NCBI GenBank assembly: GCA_965243115.1
Contig: CBDEUD010000003.1
Location: 2,392,325 to 2,456,324, forward strand
Source: Gammaproteobacteria bacterium
GTDB lineage: Bacteria; Pseudomonadota; Gammaproteobacteria; Eutrophobiales; Eutrophobiaceae
Direction: 5' to 3'
Length of the DNA: 64,000 nt
Shown here in pieces: positions 54,449-64,000 of the stretch; position 1 is the stretch's first letter, and the number at the start of each line of letters is the position of its first letter. The position numbers and the translations under genes were made by a program. Below the pieces are notes generated by a model. The model had not been told where the DNA came from, did not search any database, and was given only the letters and a program-made list of their open reading frames with translations.

Positions 54449-55064
54449 CTGACTTTTCCGCCGCGTTCTCCGCGCTTGCATCCATGTTGACGAGCCGCAC
54501 CCGCGCTTCCCGTTCCACGCTGACCTGTTTCCCCGGTTTCGGCGTACGTTGCGTGCGCGGTTTACGCATGGTCAAGCTGATCGCGGCAATAATCGCGACC
54601 AGCAGGATCGCGCCGGCAACTTCGAAGGGGTAGATATATTCGGTGAACAGGACCTTGCCGAGCAACCGGGTATTGCCGATGCCGGCCTCAACCTGGCCGG
54701 CGACCGGACCCGTATCGGGCAGGAAACGGGTAGTCCCCACTATCAGTCCCATGGCTACCAGCATCAGCAGGGCTACCAGTAACCCCACGGGTAAAAACCG
54801 GGAGAACCCTTCCCTGAGTGTTGAAACGTTAATATCCAGCATCATCACCACGAACAGGAACAGCACCATCACCGCGCCGACGTATACCAGCACCAGCGCG
54901 ATTGCCAGAAATTCCGCCTGTAATATCAACCAGATAGCCGCACTGCAAAAAAAAGACAGGATCAGGAACAGCGCGGAATGCACCGGGTTGCGCACGGAAA
55001 TGACCAGGCATGCCGACGCCACCAGCAAAGCGGCGAAAATGTAAAATATTGACAGTTCCAACAT
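54441..55064 (-). CDS. nuoJ: NADH-quinone oxidoreductase subunit J
   Basis: 207 aa. [39 protein letters not shown]. Confidence 0.9.
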   Translation of the reverse strand: MLELSIFYIFAALLVASACLVISVRNPVHSALFLILSFFCSAAIWLILQAEFLAIALVLVYVGAVMVLFLFVVMMLDINVSTLREGFSRFLPVGLLVALLMLVAMGLIVGTTRFLPDTGPVAGQVEAGIGNTRLLGKVLFTEYIYPFEVAGAILLVAIIAAISLTMRKPRTQRTPKPGKQVSVEREARVRLVNMDASAENAAEKSDD

Positions 55065-55086
55065 GGGTGTTTTTTTGGTTCCGGTC

Positions 55087-55110
55087 GGGGACAGATTTAA
55101 ATCTGTCCCC
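55087..55110. other. perfect 24-bp palindrome GGGGACAGATTT-AAATCTGTCCCC in the nuoI-nuoJ intercistronic gap
   Basis: Seen directly. Lies within an 80-bp gap of an otherwise tightly packed operon. Candidate mRNA stem-loop. Confidence 0.5.
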
Positions 55111-55144
55111 TGTCTGTCTCTCTTTGGCTGTAAAAATTAATCCG

Positions 55145-55633
55145 TTACCGGTATACCGCTTCCGTTGCGCGGTCCCGGGCAATCTGCTGTTCAGCCATAT
55201 CCCCGACCTCCAGCAATCTTTCCTTCGTCATCAGCAGGTCGGAGCGCTGTTCGCCGTGATACTCGTAGATGCGCGTCTCGACAATGGAATCGACCGGGCA
55301 TGATTCCTCGCAGAACCCGCAAAAAATGCATTTCGCCAGATCTATGTCATACAGGGTGGTGCGCCGGGTGCCGTCATCCCGCTGCTCCGATTCGATGGTA
55401 ATGGCCACTGCCGGACAGACCGCTTCACACAGCTTGCAGGCGATACAGCGTTCCTCTCCGTTGGGATAACGGCGCAGGGCATGAAGCCCCCTGAAGCGCG
55501 GCGACTGGGGAGTCTTCTCCTCGGGATACTGAACCGTAATCTTGCGCCTGAACAGGTAACGCCCGGTCAAACGCAGCCCCTTGAATAACTCCCACAATAA
55601 AAAACTCTGCAAATAACTTTTAATTTTCATCAT
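55145..55633 (-). CDS. nuoI: NADH-quinone oxidoreductase subunit I (2x[4Fe-4S])
   Basis: [12 protein letters not shown] and [12 protein letters not shown] ferredoxin motifs. 162 aa. Confidence 0.9.
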   Translation of the reverse strand: MMKIKSYLQSFLLWELFKGLRLTGRYLFRRKITVQYPEEKTPQSPRFRGLHALRRYPNGEERCIACKLCEAVCPAVAITIESEQRDDGTRRTTLYDIDLAKCIFCGFCEESCPVDSIVETRIYEYHGEQRSDLLMTKERLLEVGDMAEQQIARDRATEAVYR

Positions 55634-56751
55634 ATATCAAACCAGGGGCCAACTTCTCCGACGACCATGCCGGAAATCACTACAATCCAGATGATGGTGA
55701 TGGGAAGGAACACCTTCCAGCCAAGACGCATAATCTGGTCGTAGCGGTAACGGGGAAACGTTGCCCTGAGCCACAGGAACAGGAACAGAAACACCGATGT
55801 CTTCAACAGCAACCAGAACAGGTTCGGCTCAGAGAGATAAGACATGTTTCCGAACAGCGGCATACCCTGGAAGGGCGACAGCCAGCCGCCGCAGAACAGC
55901 ACCGCGGTCAGCACGGCAATCAATACCATGTTGGCATATTCCGCCATGAAAAAAATGGAAAATGCCATACCGCCGTACTCGACGTGGAATCCTGCCACAA
56001 GTTCGGATTCACCCTCCGCAACGTCGAACGGCGCCCGGTTGGTCTCCGCCACGCCGGAAATAAAATAAACCAGGAAAATGGGCAACAGGGGCAGCCAGTA
56101 CCAGTGCAGGATACTGCCGCTTTGCGCGGCCGTGATCTGGCCCAGGTTCAGGCTGCCGGCGGCAATCAGCACACACACCAGCGCAAAACCCATGGCGATC
56201 TCGTAGGAAACGATCTGGGCGGCGGAGCGCATCGCACCCAGGAACGCGTACTTGGAATTCGACGCCCAGCCGGCCACGATAATGCCGTAAACCGCCAGTG
56301 AAGTGAGGGCCAGAATATACAGCAACCCTGCGTTGATATCGGCGAGCACCAGGGTATCGCCGAACGGTATCACCGCCCACGCCGCCAGGGAAGGCGCCAT
56401 GGCGAGTACCGGCGCCATCACGAACAGGCGCTTGTTCGCGCCGGTCGGTATGATGATCTCCTTGAACAGCAACTTGACTACATCGGCGATGGGCTGGCCC
56501 AGACCCCAGAAGCGAAACCCGAAGAAACCGACCCGGTTCGGCCCCAGCCGGCACTGTATGTAGCCGATGATCTTGCGCTCGGCATACGTCAGGTAAGCGA
56601 CACACAGGAGCAAGGGGAGCAATATCGCCAGGATTTTTACCAGCACTTCCAGGGTATAAAGCGTGTAAGCCGTATACCCTTCCGGCACGATCCAGCCGAC
56701 CATGGGAGCGAGCACGCGATCGCTGATGATATTGAACAGGTTCTCAATCAT
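55630..56751 (-). CDS. nuoH: NADH-quinone oxidoreductase subunit H
   Basis: 373 aa. [22 protein letters not shown] signature. Confidence 0.9.
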   Translation of the reverse strand: MIENLFNIISDRVLAPMVGWIVPEGYTAYTLYTLEVLVKILAILLPLLLCVAYLTYAERKIIGYIQCRLGPNRVGFFGFRFWGLGQPIADVVKLLFKEIIIPTGANKRLFVMAPVLAMAPSLAAWAVIPFGDTLVLADINAGLLYILALTSLAVYGIIVAGWASNSKYAFLGAMRSAAQIVSYEIAMGFALVCVLIAAGSLNLGQITAAQSGSILHWYWLPLLPIFLVYFISGVAETNRAPFDVAEGESELVAGFHVEYGGMAFSIFFMAEYANMVLIAVLTAVLFCGGWLSPFQGMPLFGNMSYLSEPNLFWLLLKTSVFLFLFLWLRATFPRYRYDQIMRLGWKVFLPITIIWIVVISGMVVGEVGPWFDI

Positions 56752-56769
56752 GGCCGTTAACTTCCAGGT

Positions 56770-59139
56770 TCAGGCGCCCGTTACGGAAACCGGACCCGAC
56801 AAGGGTCCCAACCCGGCATTGCCTGCGTGCCCGCCATGGATCAATACACAGTTGTCCGCCACCGTGTCATCGACCAGTAGCGGCATCTGCAGGTTATTTT
56901 CCCGGCAGGACACATTGATACTGTGCCGCTGCAGCACGCCCAGCCTGCGCGCCGTTTTTCCGTTTATACGGGCAAAGCCGTCGGCAACGTCAGTGGTCTG
57001 CTGCAGTGCCGGGGCATGGCGCACCAGTGAGTCGACCGAATTCATGGGGATATAACCGACGCGCTGCAAAGCGTCACTGCCTGACGGGATCGTCCCGGGC
57101 GTGTTCCATACCGCCAGGTTATGCGCCTGGATTTGCCCCATCGCGTCTGCGGCTTCCGCACTGACCTCTTCGAAACCGCTATAACCGAAACCGGTTTGTC
57201 CCATTTTTCTTGCCAGTAAACTGATTATTTCCCAAGCCTGCAGGGCACTGCCGGGAGGCGGTATCACCGCGTCAAAACTTTGCCTGCGCCCCTCCATGTT
57301 CAGGTAGGAACCGGTATTTTCCGCATACATCGCCATCGGCAGCAGCACGTCGGCATACGCGGCCGCGGTCCTGTACCCTGTGACCGCAACCACGCAGCCC
57401 GCCCCGGCCATTGCCGCACGCGCCAGGTTTCCATCAAAACAATCCAGCTCCGGTTCGACGTCCACCAGCAGATAGGCCCCCATCTGTTCAGTCAGCATGG
57501 CAGCCGCGTCAAGGCCGCCGGCAGCGGCTTGTACCATTCCGGGCAACCGGTGCGGCACGGCCCCGGCCAGCCACGCCCCGGCGCTGTTGGCCCCGTTCTC
57601 CAGGTAACCGAATGCGCCCGACCCCCGTTGCGCCAGCATCCCGGACAAATAGCGCAGCAAGGCCAACTGTGGATGGGAAATACCCAGGCTGCCGATGAAC
57701 ACGGCCGGCCTGTCTGCCTCGACCAGGGCGCTTGCAATCTTTTTATGAGGTGGCTTCGGTCTTAATCCAGCCAGCAAGCCGGCAAGTTCGGCATCCGTAC
57801 CGGTCATGGCAACGGCAGCCTTCAGAACGGTTGCCAGCTCGGATACGAGGTCAGCGGGTGATACGACACTTTTGTGGGCAACATCAAAATTGAAATCGAA
57901 GTCCACCGGGTTGAGCGCCATCACTTCAGCGCCCGCCAGTACGGCCTTGCGCAGCCGGTGGTTGAAGATTGGCTGGTCCTTGCGCGCATAGCTCCCGACG
58001 AGCAAAACCGCATCGAGTTGCTCAACGCCGGCAAGAGACAAGCCAAGCCCGGGGTATGCCGGCGCGGCTTCCTGGTCACTGAAGTCAGACTGCCGCAATC
58101 GATGGTCGATGTTGTGGGACCCCAGTCCCCGCACGAATTTCTGTGCCAGGTAATGTTCCTCGGAAGTGGCCGAGGGGGAAACCAGGGCCCCGGTTTTCCC
58201 TGCCCCGTGCCGTTCGATCACGGCGCGCAGCTTACCTGCCGCACGCTCAATTGCCGTATTCCAATCGACCTCCCGCCAGTCGTTCCCATCCCGGACCATG
58301 GGAGCCGTAACGCGCTCACCACTGTTCAGCCCTTCATAGCTGAAACGATCGCGGTCCGACAGCCAGACCTCGTTGATAGCTTCATTTTCCGCGGGAACAA
58401 CACGTTTGACCCGGTCATCTTTTACATGAAAATGCAGGTTTGAACCCACCGGGTCGTGGCCGGCGATACCGTTGTGCTGGCTCATCTCCCAGGTACGCGC
58501 ACTGTAGCGGAACGGCTTGGAGGTAAGCGCTCCCACCGGACACAGGTCAATCACGTTGCCGGACAATTCGGAGGTCATGCTGTTTTCAATATAGGTGCCG
58601 ATCTCCATGAACTCGCTGCGGCCGGTTGCGCCCAGCTCGCGCAAACCTGCGATCTCCTCGCCGAAGCGCACACAGCGGGTACAGTGGATGCAGCGGGTCA
58701 TGTCCGTCTGCACCAGGGGGCCGATGTTCTTGTCCTTTACGACCCGCTTTTTTTCCTGGTAGCGGGACACGTCCCTGCCGTAACCCATGGCCAGGTCCTG
58801 CAACTCGCACTCCCCGCCCTGGTCGCAGATAGGGCAGTCCAGGGGATGGTTGATGAGCAGGAATTCCATCACCGATTTCTGTGCATCCAGCGCAAGTTCC
58901 GACCTGGTATGGACTTTCATGCCATCCATCACCGGCGTGGCGCAGGCGGGCAGCGGCTTGGGCGCCTTTTCCACCTCCACCAGGCACATCCGGCAATTGG
59001 CCGCGACGCTCAGCTTGTCGTGGTAACAGAAACGCGGCACGTAGTTGCCGACGCGGTCGGTCACTTCGATCAGCATCTGCCCGGGACTGGCTTCTACTTC
59101 CTTACCGTCTATCTCAATTTTTATGAGGTTATCAGACAT
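56770..59139 (-). CDS. nuoG: NADH-quinone oxidoreductase subunit G
   Basis: 789 aa. N-terminal 2Fe-2S/4Fe-4S cysteine clusters (CYHDKLSVAANCRMCLVEV). Molybdopterin-like C-terminal domain. Confidence 0.9.
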   Translation of the reverse strand: MSDNLIKIEIDGKEVEASPGQMLIEVTDRVGNYVPRFCYHDKLSVAANCRMCLVEVEKAPKPLPACATPVMDGMKVHTRSELALDAQKSVMEFLLINHPLDCPICDQGGECELQDLAMGYGRDVSRYQEKKRVVKDKNIGPLVQTDMTRCIHCTRCVRFGEEIAGLRELGATGRSEFMEIGTYIENSMTSELSGNVIDLCPVGALTSKPFRYSARTWEMSQHNGIAGHDPVGSNLHFHVKDDRVKRVVPAENEAINEVWLSDRDRFSYEGLNSGERVTAPMVRDGNDWREVDWNTAIERAAGKLRAVIERHGAGKTGALVSPSATSEEHYLAQKFVRGLGSHNIDHRLRQSDFSDQEAAPAYPGLGLSLAGVEQLDAVLLVGSYARKDQPIFNHRLRKAVLAGAEVMALNPVDFDFNFDVAHKSVVSPADLVSELATVLKAAVAMTGTDAELAGLLAGLRPKPPHKKIASALVEADRPAVFIGSLGISHPQLALLRYLSGMLAQRGSGAFGYLENGANSAGAWLAGAVPHRLPGMVQAAAGGLDAAAMLTEQMGAYLLVDVEPELDCFDGNLARAAMAGAGCVVAVTGYRTAAAYADVLLPMAMYAENTGSYLNMEGRRQSFDAVIPPPGSALQAWEIISLLARKMGQTGFGYSGFEEVSAEAADAMGQIQAHNLAVWNTPGTIPSGSDALQRVGYIPMNSVDSLVRHAPALQQTTDVADGFARINGKTARRLGVLQRHSINVSCRENNLQMPLLVDDTVADNCVLIHGGHAGNAGLGPLSGPVSVTGA

Positions 59140-59163
59140 TAAAATATTTGTTATCCGTGATAG

Positions 59164-59263
59164 GTAGGGATGGTATTTTCAAGACCGTCGGCAGCCATGG
59201 ATGGCTGACGATGAGCGTACAGGGACGTATTCACAGCGTGTCTTGAAAATACCATCCCTACCT
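59164..59263. repeat. ~100-bp palindromic element (23-bp perfect inverted-repeat arms, 54-nt loop) in the nuoF-nuoG intergenic gap
   Basis: GGTAGGGATGGTATTTTCAAGAC at 59164-59186 and its exact reverse complement GTCTTGAAAATACCATCCCTACC at 59241-59263. The loop contains a second imperfect IR (gtcggcagccatggatggctgac). Confidence 0.6.
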
Positions 59264-59289
59264 ACCAAGTCTCTATAAATTCTACTGTT

Positions 59290-60579
59290 TCAGCCATTTA
59301 CAATGCTGCGGCCATTATTGTTTATCATATATTCGAACTCGTGCCGGTAGTGTTTCATGAAACTCTGCACCGGCCATGCTGCGGCATCGCCCAGGGCGCA
59401 GATGGTGCGGCCCTCTATCTTGTTGGCCACGTCGACCAGCTTGTCCAGGTCTTCCATCCGGCCCTGGCCATCGGTAATGCGTGACAGCATGCGGTACAAC
59501 CAGCCGGTGCCCTCGCGGCACGGGGTGCACTGGCCGCAGGATTCCTCAAAATAAAAGCGTGAGATGCGCCGCAGCATCCCGACCATGCAGGTGGTCTCAT
59601 CCATGACGACGACTGCACCGGAACCGATGGAAGACCCCGCGGCGCGCAGGGAATCATAATCCATATTGGTTTCCAGCATGACGTCGCCGGGCACCACGGG
59701 CACCGATGAACCACCGGGGATGACCGCTTTCAGTTGCCGCCCCTGCCATACGCCGCCGGCCATTTCCAGCAGTTCGCGGAACGGCATGCCCAGCGGCACC
59801 TCGAAATTACCCGGGTTTTCCACGTGGCCGCTTACGGAAAAGCACTTGGTGCCGCCGCTGTTCTCCACGCCCAGGTCGGCAAACCATTGCGCTCCTTTAC
59901 GTATAATCGAGGGCGCGGAGCAGAAACTTTCCGTATTGTTGACCGTGGTGGGCCTGCCGTATAAACCGTACTGCGCGGGAAACGGCGGCTTGAACCGGGG
60001 TTTGCCGGGTTTGCCTTCCAGGGATTCGAGCAGCGCCATCTCTTCACCACAAATATAGGCGCCGGCGCCCAGCACCGAATAAATATCGATATCTATGCCC
60101 GAACCGAGGATATCCCGGCCCAGGTAACCCGCGTCGTATGCTTCCTTCAAGGCATCCTCAAAACGCCGGTACGGCTCATCCATGAACTCGCCGCGGATAT
60201 AGTTATAACCCACGGCAGCGCCCATGGCGTAACAGGCGATGGCCATGCCCTCCACCAGGGAGTGGGGATTGAACCGGAGGATATCCCGGTCCTTGCAGGT
60301 GCCCGGTTCGCTTTCATCGGAGTTGCAGACCACGTATTTCGGGTTCGGCGCGTCGGGGTTCATGAAACTCCATTTCAGGCCCGTGGGAAACCCGGCGCCG
60401 CCGCGCCCGCGCAGGCCCGATCCCTTGATTTGTTCGGTTACGTCCCGGGGCGGGATCTTTTCGTCAAGAATCTTTTTCCAGGCCTGGTAGCCTTCCACCC
60501 GGTGGTAATTTTCCAGGGTCCAGGGCTGCTCATACCTGAGCGTGGCGTAGCAGACCGAATTGACGGCTTCCCGGTTCAT
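59290..60579 (-). CDS. nuoF: NADH-quinone oxidoreductase subunit F
   Basis: 429 aa. [20 protein letters not shown]-binding signature. C-terminal 4Fe-4S Cys motif. Confidence 0.9.
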   Translation of the reverse strand: MNREAVNSVCYATLRYEQPWTLENYHRVEGYQAWKKILDEKIPPRDVTEQIKGSGLRGRGGAGFPTGLKWSFMNPDAPNPKYVVCNSDESEPGTCKDRDILRFNPHSLVEGMAIACYAMGAAVGYNYIRGEFMDEPYRRFEDALKEAYDAGYLGRDILGSGIDIDIYSVLGAGAYICGEEMALLESLEGKPGKPRFKPPFPAQYGLYGRPTTVNNTESFCSAPSIIRKGAQWFADLGVENSGGTKCFSVSGHVENPGNFEVPLGMPFRELLEMAGGVWQGRQLKAVIPGGSSVPVVPGDVMLETNMDYDSLRAAGSSIGSGAVVVMDETTCMVGMLRRISRFYFEESCGQCTPCREGTGWLYRMLSRITDGQGRMEDLDKLVDVANKIEGRTICALGDAAAWPVQSFMKHYRHEFEYMINNNGRSIVNG

Positions 60580-61064
60580 CAGTCCAGCCCGTCCAGCACC
60601 TCGTCCACCCGTTCAGGCGTCAGGTTCACGTAGTACTTATGGTCGACCATCATCATGGGCGCGCCGCAGCAGGCCGCCAGGCATTCCTCTTCCTGTTTCA
60701 GGTAAATGCGGTTGTCGCTCGTCGACTCACCGGTTTTTATACCCAGTTTCCCTTCGATATGGGCGACGATATCGTCCGCGCCGCGCAACATGCAGGAGAT
60801 GTTGGTGCATACCGACACGCTGTGCCGGCCGCAGGGTTCGGTTTCCAGCATGGAATAAAAACTGCCCACCTCATATACCGCGATACGCGGCATCTCCAGG
60901 TACTCAGCCACCGCATCCATCAGTTCCGTGGTCAGGTAACCGCCGTTTTCATGCTGCGCCTCGCGCAGCGCCGCCAGCACGGCCGACTGCTTCCGGTCTG
61001 CCGGGAAAATTGCGGTCCAGCGGTCGATTTCCGCGCATACGTGGCTGGGTAACCGGGTGCCCAT
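60579..61064 (-). CDS. nuoE: NADH-quinone oxidoreductase subunit E
   Basis: 161 aa. Thioredoxin-like 2Fe-2S protein with [14 protein letters not shown]...CLAACCGAP. Confidence 0.9.
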   Translation of the reverse strand: MGTRLPSHVCAEIDRWTAIFPADRKQSAVLAALREAQHENGGYLTTELMDAVAEYLEMPRIAVYEVGSFYSMLETEPCGRHSVSVCTNISCMLRGADDIVAHIEGKLGIKTGESTSDNRIYLKQEEECLAACCGAPMMMVDHKYYVNLTPERVDEVLDGLD

Positions 61065-61066
61065 TG

Positions 61067-62320
61067 TTACCTGTCGACCTCGCCGAACACGATATCCTGA
61101 GTCCCCAGTACCGCTACAACGTCAGCCAGCATGTGCCCCCGGACCATCTCGTTCAGGGACGAGAGGTGGACAAACCCGGGGGCGCGTACTTTCAGGCGGT
61201 ACGGCTTATTCGCGCCGTCCGAGACCAGGTATATGCCGAACTCGCCCTTGGGGTGTTCTACACACGCATACACCTCTCCCTCCGGTACGCAGTAACCCTC
61301 GGTAAACAGCTTGAAGTGGTGGATCAGCGCCTCCATGTCCTCTTTCATCGTTTCCCTTTTCGGGGGAACCAGTTTGTGATCATCCACGATCACCGGGCCC
61401 GGATTATTGCGCAGCCAGTCCACGCACTGCCGGATGAGCGCATTCGACTGGCGCATCTCCTCGACGCGTACCAGGTACCGGTCGTAACAATCCCCGTTGA
61501 CGCCGACCGGGATGGCAAAGTCCAGTTGATCGTAGACTTCATAGGGCTGTTTTTTGCGCAGGTCCCATTCCACGCCCGAACCGCGCAGCATGGGGCCGGT
61601 GAAGCCCAGTTCTATCGCCCGTTCCGGCGAGACAACGCCGATACCCACCGTGCGCTGTTTCCAGATGCGGTTGTCGGTGAGCAGGGTTTCATACTCGTCG
61701 ATGCGATCGGGGAAACGGTCGGTAAAATCGGCAATGAAATCGAGCAGGGAGCCCCGGCGATTGCTGTTTATTTTCGCTACTTCCGCTTTCGAGCGGTTGC
61801 CCGTCACCTGGTAGCGCGGCATTTCCGCCGGCAGGTCCCGGTACACGCCTCCGGGCCGGTAGTAGGTCGCATGCATCCTCGTGCCGGATACCGCCTCATA
61901 GCAGTCCATCAGGTCTTCCCGTTCCCGGAAGCAATACAGGAACATGCTCATGGCGCCGATATCCAGGCCGTGGGCGCCCAGCCACATGAGGTGATTCAGG
62001 ACACGGGTAATCTCGTCAAACATGACCCGGATATAGCGGGCCCGCAGCGGCGGCGTTACTCCCAGTAATTTTTCAATGGCCAGGACATACGCGTGCTCGT
62101 TGCACATCATGGACACGTAATCGAGGCGGTCCATGTAGCCGATACTCTGGTTGTAGGGTTTGCTCTCCGCCAGCTTTTCCGTGGCCCGGTGCAGCAGGCC
62201 GATATGGGGGTCGGCGCGTTCGATCACCTCTCCGTCCATCTCCAGGACCAGGCGCAACACGCCATGAGCCGCCGGGTGCTGCGGGCCGAAGTTCATCGTC
62301 ATGTTGTGGATTTCAGGCAT
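61067..62320 (-). CDS. nuoD: NADH-quinone oxidoreductase subunit D (separate from C)
   Basis: 417 aa. [31 protein letters not shown], the 49-kDa subunit signature. Confidence 0.9.
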   Translation of the reverse strand: MPEIHNMTMNFGPQHPAAHGVLRLVLEMDGEVIERADPHIGLLHRATEKLAESKPYNQSIGYMDRLDYVSMMCNEHAYVLAIEKLLGVTPPLRARYIRVMFDEITRVLNHLMWLGAHGLDIGAMSMFLYCFREREDLMDCYEAVSGTRMHATYYRPGGVYRDLPAEMPRYQVTGNRSKAEVAKINSNRRGSLLDFIADFTDRFPDRIDEYETLLTDNRIWKQRTVGIGVVSPERAIELGFTGPMLRGSGVEWDLRKKQPYEVYDQLDFAIPVGVNGDCYDRYLVRVEEMRQSNALIRQCVDWLRNNPGPVIVDDHKLVPPKRETMKEDMEALIHHFKLFTEGYCVPEGEVYACVEHPKGEFGIYLVSDGANKPYRLKVRAPGFVHLSSLNEMVRGHMLADVVAVLGTQDIVFGEVDR

Positions 62321-62380
62321 TGCTGGTTTTTAGTTTCCAGTTTTTAGTTGCTGGTTATCGGGTCGGACTCCAGGCTGCTC

Positions 62381-63037
62381 TTACGGTTTGGTGTAGCGGT
62401 TGTCATGCCTGATTGTTTTAGGAACCAGTACGCGGTTTTTGATGGTAACCGGCTGGTAGACCACCCGTCCCTGCTCCTCGTCGTAACGGACCTCCACGTT
62501 GCCCTCCAGCGGAAAATCCTTGCGGAACGGGTGACCCCTGAAACCGTAATCCGTCAGTATGCGTCTCAGGTCGGGATGTCCGTCGAACAGGATCCCGAAC
62601 AGGTCAAAGGCCTCCCGTTCAAACCAGTTGGCGCCGGCCCAGATGGGGGTGACGGAATCGATCCTGGGCGGCATGCCGGAGATAAAACTGCGCAGTCTCA
62701 GGCGCCGGTTGAGTTTCAGCGACAGCAGATGATAGACCACCGCGAAGCGATCCTCGAGGTCCTGGGTGTCGATATAGACACCCTGGCTGACGCCGCGGCT
62801 GAAGCCGGTCCGGGTCGTGTCCTGGGTTTCCCAGTCCGCCTTGCCGAAGGACAGGTAATCGACCCCGCACAGGTCGGTTAACTGGTTAAACGCCAGGGAC
62901 TCATCATCCCTCAGGATATGACAGACTTCCGTTATATCAGCGGCGTTGACCTCTATGGTCACCTGGGCTGTTTCGAGTTTGTCCCGGACAATCTTTGCGC
63001 CGAGGCACTCGCGCAAGTCGTTGAGAAGCTGTTCCAT
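62381..63037 (-). CDS. nuoC: NADH-quinone oxidoreductase subunit C
   Basis: 218 aa, 30-kDa subunit family. Separate ORF, with a 60-bp gap before nuoD. Confidence 0.85.
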   Translation of the reverse strand: MEQLLNDLRECLGAKIVRDKLETAQVTIEVNAADITEVCHILRDDESLAFNQLTDLCGVDYLSFGKADWETQDTTRTGFSRGVSQGVYIDTQDLEDRFAVVYHLLSLKLNRRLRLRSFISGMPPRIDSVTPIWAGANWFEREAFDLFGILFDGHPDLRRILTDYGFRGHPFRKDFPLEGNVEVRYDEEQGRVVYQPVTIKNRVLVPKTIRHDNRYTKP

Positions 63038-63051
63038 GTGAGAAAGCTGTC

Positions 63052-63537
63052 CTACCTTCTTATTGTATTGGTGCTGGTACGCTTGATCTTTTTCTGTAAT
63101 TGCAGCACACCGAACAGCAGGGCTTCAGCGGTAGGGGGACAACCCGGCACATAGATATCCACCGGGACGATACGGTCACATCCGCGTACGACGGAGTAGG
63201 AATAATGGTAATACCCGCCGCCGTTGGCACAGGACCCCATGGAGATGACCCACTTGGGGTCCGGCATCTGGTCATAGACCCGGCGTAGCGCCGGCGCCAT
63301 CTTGTTGACCAGCGTTCCCGCAACGATCATGACGTCGGACTGCCTGGGGCTGGGCCGGAATATCACGCCGAAGCGATCCAGGTCATAGCGGGAAGCGCCC
63401 GCATGCATCATCTCGACCGCGCAGCAGGCAAGGCCGAACGTCATCGGCCACAGGGAGCCGGTGCGCGCCCAGTTCACCAGGTTGTCGACCGTGGTGGTAA
63501 CGATGCCCTGGTGGTGAATCTGTTCTTCAGGATTCAT
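63052..63537 (-). CDS. nuoB: NADH-quinone oxidoreductase subunit B
   Basis: 161 aa. Cluster-N2 motif [10 protein letters not shown]...GSCANGGG...PGCPP. Confidence 0.9.
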   Translation of the reverse strand: MNPEEQIHHQGIVTTTVDNLVNWARTGSLWPMTFGLACCAVEMMHAGASRYDLDRFGVIFRPSPRQSDVMIVAGTLVNKMAPALRRVYDQMPDPKWVISMGSCANGGGYYHYSYSVVRGCDRIVPVDIYVPGCPPTAEALLFGVLQLQKKIKRTSTNTIRR

Positions 63538-63541
63538 TCCA

Positions 63542-63898
63542 CTACTCCCATTCCAGGGCGCCCTTGCGCCACTCGTAGATGAAGCCGACGACCAGCACCG
63601 CCAGGAACAGCATCATGGCCCAGAAACCGACCATGCCCACGTCGCGCAGGGCGACCGCCCAGGGAAAGAAGAAGGCGATTTCCAGGTCAAAGATGATGAA
63701 CAGGATGGCGATGAGGTAATAGCGCACGTCGAATTGCATCCTGGCGTCTTCGAATGCATCAAAGCCGCATTCGTACGGGGACTGCTTCGCGCTGTCGGGC
63801 TTATTGGGTCCGAGGAAATAGCCCAGCACGAACAAAATACCGCCGAAAACAAGCCCAACGATAAGAAATATTAATATTGGCAGGTAACTCTCAAGCAT
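63542..63898 (-). CDS. nuoA: NADH-quinone oxidoreductase subunit A
   Basis: 118 aa, three TM helices. First gene of the operon, with an AT-rich promoter region at 63899-64000. Confidence 0.9.
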   Translation of the reverse strand: MLESYLPILIFLIVGLVFGGILFVLGYFLGPNKPDSAKQSPYECGFDAFEDARMQFDVRYYLIAILFIIFDLEIAFFFPWAVALRDVGMVGFWAMMLFLAVLVVGFIYEWRKGALEWE

Positions 63899-64000
63899 GG
63901 GGAGAGATTATACCCGTATCACGCAGATAAAAAAATGTAAACTCGATTTAACTGTCATGAAAAGTATGCATATGCTACCTTCAATTATGAATAAACAATC

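Noticed and set aside
54449-54481. N-terminal extension ([11 protein letters not shown]) of the nuoK ORF
   Set aside because: The canonical NuoK begins at MIELSD. The extension overlaps the nuoJ 3' end by 41 nt and is Arg-rich and uncharacteristic.
60560-62068. 502-aa plus-strand ORF spanning nuoF, nuoE and nuoD on the opposite strand
   Set aside because: It overlaps three conserved nuo genes. Its Pro/Arg-rich, low-complexity composition is spurious.
1-64000. CRISPR arrays, IS elements, integrases, tRNA or rRNA genes
   Set aside because: I saw no periodic short repeats with unique spacers and no transposase or integrase-like ORFs. No intergenic region is long enough and conserved-looking enough for an rRNA. 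The few spacers over 100 bp showed no obvious tRNA cloverleaf features by eye.

Overview
This window is a high-GC (roughly 58-62% by eye) chromosomal segment that looks gammaproteobacterial and marine, given the TonB-dependent receptor and TPR-sulfotransferase content. It contains no transposases, integrases, rRNA or tRNA genes and no CRISPR array. From 5' to 3' it holds: (1) a TonB-dependent receptor. (2) A plus-strand set of two Rieske oxygenase alpha subunits bracketing a low-GC hypothetical gene and a truncated QueG/reductive-dehalogenase-superfamily Fe-S protein. (3) A six-gene minus-strand operon in which LYS1-like and LYS9-like saccharopine dehydrogenases precede a heterotetrameric sarcosine-oxidase-type soxBDAG set. 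(4) A toxin/antitoxin pair whose toxin appears internally deleted. (5) A small operon of a BsdD/VdcD-like zinc-ribbon protein, an NMT1-like protein and an amidohydrolase. (6) A cluster of two paralogous TPR-sulfotransferases, a TPR-2OG-Fe(II) oxygenase, a SAM methyltransferase and a 988-aa TonB receptor, with a tandem palindromic operator. (7) A peptide-utilisation set: DUF885, a transglutaminase-like lipoprotein, a POT transporter and an ACE-like M2 peptidase. (8) A phenolic/aromatic catabolic island: a molybdopterin oxidoreductase, UbiX, two VAO/PCMH-family flavoproteins (one Tat-exported with a cytochrome c partner), a UbiD-family decarboxylase with its D subunit, and a Rieske oxygenase followed by an unusual NTF2-like::tandem-CDGSH fusion protein. 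(9) An NhaD-like transporter, SCO1 and psd. (10) A complete 14-gene nuoA-N operon with separate nuoC and nuoD, carrying a ~100-bp palindromic insert between nuoF and nuoG. The three candidates I would prioritise for novelty are the saccharopine-dehydrogenase/soxBDAG operon, the sulfotransferase/oxygenase/methyltransferase/TonB cluster, and the Rieske + NTF2-CDGSH pair.
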